NCBI GenBank assembly: GCA_045606925.1
Contig: JAZUSW010000072.1
Span: 1-32,163 of the forward strand
Direction: 5' to 3'
DNA: 32,163 nucleotides
Origin: Acutalibacteraceae bacterium
GTDB taxonomy: Bacteria; Bacillota; Clostridia; Oscillospirales; Acutalibacteraceae
This document shows, in pieces, positions 27,113 through 32,163 of the stretch (its first letter is position 1; each line of letters opens with the position of its first letter). The translations under genes were made by a program, and so were the position numbers. Below the pieces are notes generated by a model. It saw nothing but the letters and a program-made list of their open reading frames with translations. It was not told where the DNA came from and searched no databases.

Positions 27113-28234
27113 TTATATAAATTTTAGTACTTTTAACAAATAATCGATATCATTTTTTGTGTTAAACGCGCCTAAACTCACCCTTACCGTACCCTGACTT
27201 TCGGTACCCAGTTTTTTATGTGTAGCGGGAGCGCAGTGCAATCCGCTTCGAACCGCAATATTTCGCGCCGCCAAACGACCGGCAACCTCTTCACTTTGCA
27301 TATCTGCCAAATTGAAGGATACAACGGGTGCAAAGGTGTACATTTGCGGCTCGGGTGTATATAAAATCACCTTTTTTATTGCCTTTAAGCACCTATATAA
27401 ATATTTTGCCAGTTGCATCTCGTGTTTATATATTCTCTCCCTGCCCTTATTCCGCACAAACTCAACACCCGCACCTATCCCAAAAATACCCGAAACATTT
27501 ACCGTACCGCTTTCCATACGCTCGGGCATTTCTTCGGGTTGTGCAAAGCTCAACGAGGATGTGCCTGTGCCACCCTCAATAATGGTATTTGCAAGTGCTT
27601 TTCTTGCAATCAGAATGCCGGTACCCATCGGTGCATAAAGTCCCTTATGAGCGGCAACACAAAGAAAATCAATATGCATTTTTTGCATATTGATTTCCAA
27701 CACACCTGCGCTTTGTGCGGCATCCACAGCAAACAATATTCCTCTTTCGCTGCAAATTTCCCCTATTTTTTCTATTGGGTTTATCTGACCCGTGACATTT
27801 GATGCGTGGGTACAAACAACAAGTTTTGTGTTTGGTTTTAAGGTGTTTTTGAAACTCTGAACCGTTTTTGTAAAATCGTCAGGATATGTTTTAAAGGTTG
27901 AAAAATCAGCGCCCGTTTTAAAAAGCGGACGCATAACGGCATTGTGTTCTATATCGCTCGTTACTATATGTGAACCTCCCAAATCCACACCCTTGATAAC
28001 GCAGTTTAAAGCGTAGGTGCAACTGGGCACAAACACCACATTTTCTTCGGTATCGGCTCCAAAAAAATCTTTGATTTTTGAGCGTACACCGTATATTTTA
28101 TATGCCGTATCCATAGCGGTTTTATAGCCGCTTCTTCCCGGATTTGCACTATATTTTCTAAGGGCGGTATCTACTGCGCCAATTACAGCGGGCGGCTTTA
28201 TTCCGCTTGTTGCCGCGTTATCAAGGTATATCAC
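27113..28234 (-). CDS. class-V aminotransferase-fold PLP enzyme, cysteine desulfurase family
   Basis: I trimmed the ORF 27113..28303 to the GTG at 28234 ((M)IYLDNAATSG...); GGAG lies 8 nt upstream. This removes the overlap with the upstream small ORF. The PLP-lysine motif is VAAHKGLYAPMGTG. The catalytic-Cys loop is RSGLHCAPATH. Confidence 0.85.
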   Translation of the reverse strand: MIYLDNAATSGIKPPAVIGAVDTALRKYSANPGRSGYKTAMDTAYKIYGVRSKIKDFFGADTEENVVFVPSCTYALNCVIKGVDLGGSHIVTSDIEHNAVMRPLFKTGADFSTFKTYPDDFTKTVQSFKNTLKPNTKLVVCTHASNVTGQINPIEKIGEICSERGILFAVDAAQSAGVLEINMQKMHIDFLCVAAHKGLYAPMGTGILIARKALANTIIEGGTGTSSLSFAQPEEMPERMESGTVNVSGIFGIGAGVEFVRNKGRERIYKHEMQLAKYLYRCLKAIKKVILYTPEPQMYTFAPVVSFNLADMQSEEVAGRLAARNIAVRSGLHCAPATHKKLGTESQGTVRVSLGAFNTKNDIDYLLKVLKFI

Positions 28235-28256
28235 AAAGAGTACTCCGTTTCTTAAT

Positions 28257-28496
28257 TTAATTTGTGGAATTATCCATACTTTTAACATCGAGTACCTTAA
28301 CATCTGCTTTGCCCAGAATAGACAAAATATCTTGTTTGTTTCCTACGGCAACTACCCCGTAACCGCAACCGATTCTGTCCGGCGCGAAGGAACGCTGGGC
28401 ATAGGCCTTTATACCGTTTTTTCGCAAAACATCTCTGCCCTTTGCGGCATAGGTTACGGTGCCTGTTGCAAAGAAATTTTTTTCCAATTCAAACAC
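28257..28496 (-). CDS. DUF3343-like small protein (putative S/Se carrier-like)
   Basis: 79 aa. The pattern FFATGTVTYAAKGRDVLRKNGIKAYAQRSFAPDRIGCGYGVVAV resembles the DUF3343 layout: a beta strand, a helix of the A-x-K-x-x-x-L type, G-I/V, then a conserved CG. The start is uncertain. The GTG at 28496 has no SD. The TTG at 28487 follows GGTG by 6 nt. Confidence 0.6.
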   Translation of the reverse strand: MFELEKNFFATGTVTYAAKGRDVLRKNGIKAYAQRSFAPDRIGCGYGVVAVGNKQDILSILGKADVKVLDVKSMDNSTN

Positions 28497-28504
28497 CGTT
28501 TTTT

Positions 28505-28526
28505 AAAAAAATTACAAGTACTTGTA
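28505..28526 (-). terminator. weak terminator-like element or operator after the ytvI-like gene
   Basis: The 14-bp perfect palindrome TACAAGTACTTGTA (28513..28526) is followed on the minus strand by A plus 7 T. The stem is AT-rich, at most 5 bp with a 4-nt loop, so termination would be weak. Confidence 0.25.
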
Positions 28527-28549
28527 CATTACAGTTTATGTGTATTGGG

Positions 28550-29599
28550 CTAATTTGTCACATCCTCGCCCCTATATAGATTTATAACCGTTACAAGCGC
28601 CAACACCGCCGCTATCATACCTAAAAAGCCAAACATTCTAAGTGCTGTAAACATTACAACCAATGCTATGAGAGGCGGTACACCAACGCGCTCCCCTAAA
28701 ATTTTCGGCTCTAAAATGTGATGAATTAGCATACTTCCAACATAAACCGCCGCCAACACTGCCAAATACAAATAATCCCCCCTAAACAGCGAAATTATCG
28801 CCCAGGGCACAAGCACCGTACCTGCGCCCAAAACCGGCAACAAATCAACCGCCGCTATAAACAGCGACCACAAAAAAGCATTTTTATTTCCAATAATCAA
28901 AAGTGCGACAAAACAAAGGGCAAATATTATGGATGAAATTATCGAATAACCCTTAAATATGCGTAAGACATTCTTTCCCATAATACCCTTTATCTTTTTT
29001 ATAAGCAGGATTTTACGCTCCGGCACAACCGATAAAAAGAAGTTTTTAAGCGGCTCATACTCATTTGCAAAATAACATCCCGCCGCCACAGTAACTGCAA
29101 ATCCCAAGAAAATTTCAGGGAATTTTGATACTGCTTTTGTAAACATTTGAGGTGCCGATTCGCCTATTTTTTGTGGTATATTGTCTATGGCGGAATACAC
29201 AGCCGATTGCACTGTTTCGGGCAAATATTTTTCAATTTTTTGAAGCAATACATTTACGCCTTGTGATACGGTATCAGCAATATTTTTAAAAAATGCCATT
29301 ATGCTGTTTTTTTCAATTTTATGCGTTATAATAACCACTAACACGCCAAGCAACAAAAAAAGCACCAAAAAACTTGCTAATACCAATAAAATATTGACAT
29401 ATTTTGTCCTGATTTTTAGTTTTTCAGCGATTTTTTCGGAAGGTTTGCGAAGAATTATAACCAACAAAAATGCAATAACAAACGGCAAAAAATATTTAGT
29501 AACAAACCGATATGCGACAAAAACCAGTACAAACAACACCGTGTAATATAAGGTGTTTATTAAAAACCGTTTTTTCCTTTGTATATCCACTATTCTCAC
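28550..29599 (-). CDS. ytvI: AI-2E family transporter, YtvI-like sporulation integral membrane protein
   Basis: 349 aa with about 8 predicted TM helices. The architecture is UPF0118/PerM-like, with a large loop after TM3 and the C-terminal core LLPVLGAGTVLVPWAI...GVPPLIALVVMF. The start could instead be the GTG at 29590 (GGTGA lies 5 nt upstream). Confidence 0.75.
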   Translation of the reverse strand: MRIVDIQRKKRFLINTLYYTVLFVLVFVAYRFVTKYFLPFVIAFLLVIILRKPSEKIAEKLKIRTKYVNILLVLASFLVLFLLLGVLVVIITHKIEKNSIMAFFKNIADTVSQGVNVLLQKIEKYLPETVQSAVYSAIDNIPQKIGESAPQMFTKAVSKFPEIFLGFAVTVAAGCYFANEYEPLKNFFLSVVPERKILLIKKIKGIMGKNVLRIFKGYSIISSIIFALCFVALLIIGNKNAFLWSLFIAAVDLLPVLGAGTVLVPWAIISLFRGDYLYLAVLAAVYVGSMLIHHILEPKILGERVGVPPLIALVVMFTALRMFGFLGMIAAVLALVTVINLYRGEDVTN

Positions 29600-29670
29600 C
29601 TTGCTGTAACTTTTTTGAACAATAATGATTATTGTACCCCAAAAAACCTTCTGTTTTATGCAAAATTTGA

Positions 29671-29699
29671 TTGAAATATAGAAAAAATTGTGTTATATT
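29671..29699 (+). promoter_or_regulatory. candidate promoter of hom
   Basis: TTGAAA (29671..29676), 17 nt, TATATT (29694..29699), preceded by TGt (an extended -10). AGGACGG is the SD before the ATG at 29732. Confidence 0.5.
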
Positions 29700-29731
29700 A
29701 TATTAAATAAAATTTTTTAGGACGGTTTAAA

Positions 29732-30955
29732 ATGGTTGATATTGCGATAATGGGCCACGGTGTAGTTGGCTCGGGAGTTGCCGAGGTTATTTTCTCACAC
29801 AGCAATTCTATAGAAAAAAAAGCCAAAAGAAAAATCAATATCAAATATATTCTTGATTTAAGGGATTTCCCAGGTCTTTCTTACTCGGACAAGTTTATAA
29901 AGGATTTTAATATTATACTCAACGACCCAAATATAAAGGTTGTTGCCGAGGTTATGGGAGGGGTCAACCCTGCTTTTGATTTTGTTAAATCCTGTTTGGA
30001 AGCCGGCAAGAGCGTTGTAACATCCAACAAGGAATTGGTTGCCGCAAAGGGTGCCGAGCTTTTAAAAGTAGCGCAAGATAACAATGTTAATTTCTTGTTT
30101 GAGGCCAGTGTCGGCGGCGGTATACCCGTTCTTCGCCCAATGGCACAATGCCTTAACGCAAACGAAATTACCGAAATTTACGGCATACTTAACGGTACTA
30201 CAAACTTCATCCTTACCAAAATGGTTAAAGAAAACCTATCGTTTGAAACGGCGCTTAAAATGGCACAGGATTTAGGTTATGCAGAGAGAAACCCCGATGC
30301 TGATGTATTGGGTCACGATGCGTGCAGAAAAATTTGTATACTTGCAGCGCTTGGTTTTGGCAAACATGTGTATCCCGAGCAGGTACAAACCGAGGGTATC
30401 ACAAATGTTTCGCTTGAAGATGTTGACTATGCCGACAAATTGGGTTATGTTATAAAACTCATAGGCAGTGCAAAACGCCTTAGCGAAGATAAAATTTCGG
30501 CAAGTGTATACCCCGCGCTTGTTTCACGCGAAAATATGCTTTCGGGTGTTAACGATGTTTACAATGCCGTAAGTGTTAAGGGCGACGCGGTAGATGATGT
30601 TATGTTCTACGGCCGCGGTGCAGGTAAATTCCCGACTGCGAGTGCAGTTGTTGCCGATATTATTGACTGTGTTAAGCACCTGAGTGCGAGAAAATATCTT
30701 TCTTGGGACGAAGGTTTTGAAGGTTATGTTGAAGACCTGCAAAATGTGCCCACAAAGCTTTTTGTCCATCTGAACGACTGTAAAGAGGGCGCATTGGAAG
30801 AAATAAAAGGTATCTTCAATGCGGTTGAAATTTTAAATAACGGCATCGCAAAGGAAATAGTATTTATAACCGAGAAGGATACCGAAAAGGTGCTTTGTGA
30901 AAAAATCTCAAAGATTAAAAATGCTTCGGTTAAATCCATATTACACGTAATATAA
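29732..30955 (+). CDS. hom: homoserine dehydrogenase with C-terminal ACT domain
   Basis: 407 aa. The NAD-binding motif is MGHGVVGSGVA. EASVGGGIPV, NGTTNFIL and AQDLGYAERNPDADVLGHDACRKICILA are present. An ACT-like tail of about 80 aa follows. Confidence 0.93.
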   Translation: MVDIAIMGHGVVGSGVAEVIFSHSNSIEKKAKRKINIKYILDLRDFPGLSYSDKFIKDFNIILNDPNIKVVAEVMGGVNPAFDFVKSCLEAGKSVVTSNKELVAAKGAELLKVAQDNNVNFLFEASVGGGIPVLRPMAQCLNANEITEIYGILNGTTNFILTKMVKENLSFETALKMAQDLGYAERNPDADVLGHDACRKICILAALGFGKHVYPEQVQTEGITNVSLEDVDYADKLGYVIKLIGSAKRLSEDKISASVYPALVSRENMLSGVNDVYNAVSVKGDAVDDVMFYGRGAGKFPTASAVVADIIDCVKHLSARKYLSWDEGFEGYVEDLQNVPTKLFVHLNDCKEGALEEIKGIFNAVEILNNGIAKEIVFITEKDTEKVLCEKISKIKNASVKSILHVI

Positions 30956-30958
30956 AAC

Positions 30959-30991
30959 AAAAACTCAGTATCCGTGATACTGAGTTTTTTT
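30959..30991. terminator. bidirectional intrinsic terminator shared by hom (+) and yunB (-)
   Basis: AAAAA, CTCAGTATC, cgt, GATACTGAG, TTTTTTT: a 9-bp stem with a 3-nt loop, flanked by an A-run and a T-run. The T-run overlaps the yunB stop codon. Confidence 0.8.
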
Positions 30992-31700
30992 AATTTACAG
31001 TGGCGCCAAAATCAAAAATATCATCAACCGTTCTTGATTCATCTGCCTCCATACCGTAATTTTCAAGAACATTGGTATACGCTTCGGGAGTAAGCCCTAC
31101 CAAAACGGTTTGAGCCGCTATAATACTGGTTGAACTGCTAAAACCCGAATGGTTCCACGGCAGTACAAAATTACCGTTTATCTTAATATGTATAACTATT
31201 TGATGCAAAACCTGATTTATTCCTGCCGAATAAAATTTACTCTCGAAATCGGTTATAACATTTGCCGACATCTGCATACGGAATTTTACTCTCGGACCGA
31301 ACCCCAAGGTATATTCGTTACCCAAAAGAGTGCCTATAGGTATAGAGACGGTGTGCTCAGGAATTGCCGATATTGCGCTACTGATTTTTGATGAAATAAC
31401 GCTTTTTAACTTATTGATTTTTACAATATCAATTTCCAGCGCCGTTATGTTTTGCTGCTCGTTTTTTGTAAGTTTTACTATCTCGTTATATGTAACCGCT
31501 CCTTCATCCATTTGTTCGCTTATTACCTTGTTGGCTATATTGAAGCTTATAACCGATGCATCATTTTTTGCCGCACCTAAAATAATCCTCCGCACCGAAA
31601 AATATGAATATACCGTTGTCACAATAAGCACTGCCAGTGACACCAGCGAAATGCTTAATATGAGAAATCGGTTTTTTCGTTTTTTGCGGTATTTACGCAT
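30990..31700 (-). CDS. yunB: sporulation protein YunB
   Basis: 236 aa. It has a basic N-terminus and a TM anchor (FLILSISLVSLAVLIVTTV). The YunB-family blocks are IPIGTLLGNEYTLGFGPRVKFRM, SAGINQVLHQIVIHI and AAQTVLVGLTPEAY. Confidence 0.8.
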   Translation of the reverse strand: MRKYRKKRKNRFLILSISLVSLAVLIVTTVYSYFSVRRIILGAAKNDASVISFNIANKVISEQMDEGAVTYNEIVKLTKNEQQNITALEIDIVKINKLKSVISSKISSAISAIPEHTVSIPIGTLLGNEYTLGFGPRVKFRMQMSANVITDFESKFYSAGINQVLHQIVIHIKINGNFVLPWNHSGFSSSTSIIAAQTVLVGLTPEAYTNVLENYGMEADESRTVDDIFDFGATVN

Positions 31701-31749
31701 AAAAACACCCGCTTTCAGTATTATATAATACGAAAAACGGGCGTTTTTT
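31701..31749 (-). terminator. two-tier hairpin between the cytidylate-kinase-like gene and yunB (terminator-like on both strands)
   Basis: In the minus-strand RNA the outer stem is ACGCCCG (31744..31738) pairing with CGGGTGT (31711..31705). The inner element is the palindrome GTATTATATAATAC (31718..31731). T-runs follow on both strands. The 3' arm contains the only SD-like GGGTG for yunB. Confidence 0.45.
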
Positions 31750-31750
31750 G

Positions 31751-32163
31751 TTAATCGTTTTTTTTGTTGTGGTGCTCGGCAAAAAATTTGATAAGCTGAG
31801 CGGCATTATCAAAACCAATGCGACTATCAAGGCACAAATCGTACATTGTGGCGTTTCCCCACTTTAACTCTGAAAAGTAGTTGTAATAATTTGCGCGTTT
31901 CTTATCTGCCTTGCGTATCTCTTCGGATGCCTGAGCGCGAGAACAACCGCTAAATTCACAAACACGGTTTATTCTTCGCTCGGTATCGGTGTGAATAAAT
32001 ACCGACAAAACATTATTGTAATCTCTTAATATACTGTTAGCGCAACGACCGACAAAAATACACGATTCCCTATCGGCAATTTTCCTTATAATATCCGCCT
32101 GTGCCGCAAACACACGGTCGACCAGCGGCATTGTGGGCGTACCCGCAACGGTATGCTCTAATG
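31751..32163 (-). CDS. cytidylate kinase-like family protein (5' end outside the window)
   Basis: The reading frame stays open to the window edge. The C-terminal part, IFVGRCANSILRDY...RINRV...ASEEIRKADKKRANYYNYF, matches the cytidylate-kinase-like (AAA/Cytidylate_kin2-type) layout. The internal Met at 32131 is unlikely to be the real start. Confidence 0.65.
   Translation of the reverse strand, partial: LEHTVAGTPTMPLVDRVFAAQADIIRKIADRESCIFVGRCANSILRDYNNVLSVFIHTDTERRINRVCEFSGCSRAQASEEIRKADKKRANYYNYFSELKWGNATMYDLCLDSRIGFDNAAQLIKFFAEHHNKKND

Noticed and set aside
27113-28303. Longer ORF-track starts: desulfurase at 28303, SGNH at 1566, rdgB at 6517, yhbY at 5894, smc at 10984, dprA at 18270, TrmH-family at 19046, MreB-like at 21469.
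   Set aside because: In each case the extension lacks an SD or overlaps the upstream gene. A downstream in-frame start has a well-spaced SD and gives a family-typical N-terminus.
1-32163. Scan for CRISPR repeats, IS elements or transposases, integrases, toxin-antitoxin pairs, prophage genes, rRNA, riboswitches (T-box, c-di-AMP/ydaO type) and inteins or introns in the large genes.
   Set aside because: None was found by eye. Intergenic spacers are too short (the largest are about 220 nt at the infC leader and about 130 nt at ytvI/hom). Protein lengths match intein-free orthologs. A covariance-model scan would be needed to exclude small structured RNAs formally.

Overview
This window is a compact, almost entirely minus-strand housekeeping segment. 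It appears to come from a spore-forming Firmicute of Clostridia type; that placement is inferred from gene content (yunB, ytvI-like, cdaA-cdaR, the dprA-topA-trmFO block), not from any search.

Gene order on the minus strand, from high to low coordinates:
- cytidylate-kinase-like gene (partial), then yunB
- hom, the only plus-strand gene
- ytvI-like AI-2E permease, a DUF3343-like small protein, and a class-V cysteine-desulfurase-like enzyme
- cdaA-cdaR
- a 110-aa membrane protein, recD2, comFC and an MreB-like protein
- infC-rpmI-rplT, behind a long leader that carries an attenuator
- TrmH-family methyltransferase, dprA, topA, trmFO, plsX, rnc, a radical-SAM protein, smc, ftsY, rdgB, yhbY, nadD, yqeK, rsfS, leuS
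- an SGNH lipoprotein, then tRNA-Lys(UUU)

I trimmed several ORF-track starts to the start codon that has a Shine-Dalgarno sequence. infC is extended upstream to an in-frame ATC start.

I saw no transposase, integrase, CRISPR array, toxin-antitoxin pair or recognisable defence or secondary-metabolite genes. I do not find convincing evidence for a novel system here, and the region reads as ordinary core genome.

The leads worth a second look are all modest:
- comFC is translationally coupled to a RecD2 helicase, with no comFA. The pair sits in an own-promoter block opened by an uncharacterised membrane protein and closed by a divergent orphan MreB paralog.
- A DUF3343-like protein and a cysteine-desulfurase-like enzyme form a pair behind the ytvI-like permease.
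- An uncharacterised radical-SAM gene is wedged between rnc and smc.
- Fifteen genes over about 17.4 kb run with no gap longer than 23 nt, which leaves leuS without room for a T-box.
- infC has an ATC start and an L20-leader-type attenuator.
- A two-tier hairpin buries the yunB ribosome-binding site.
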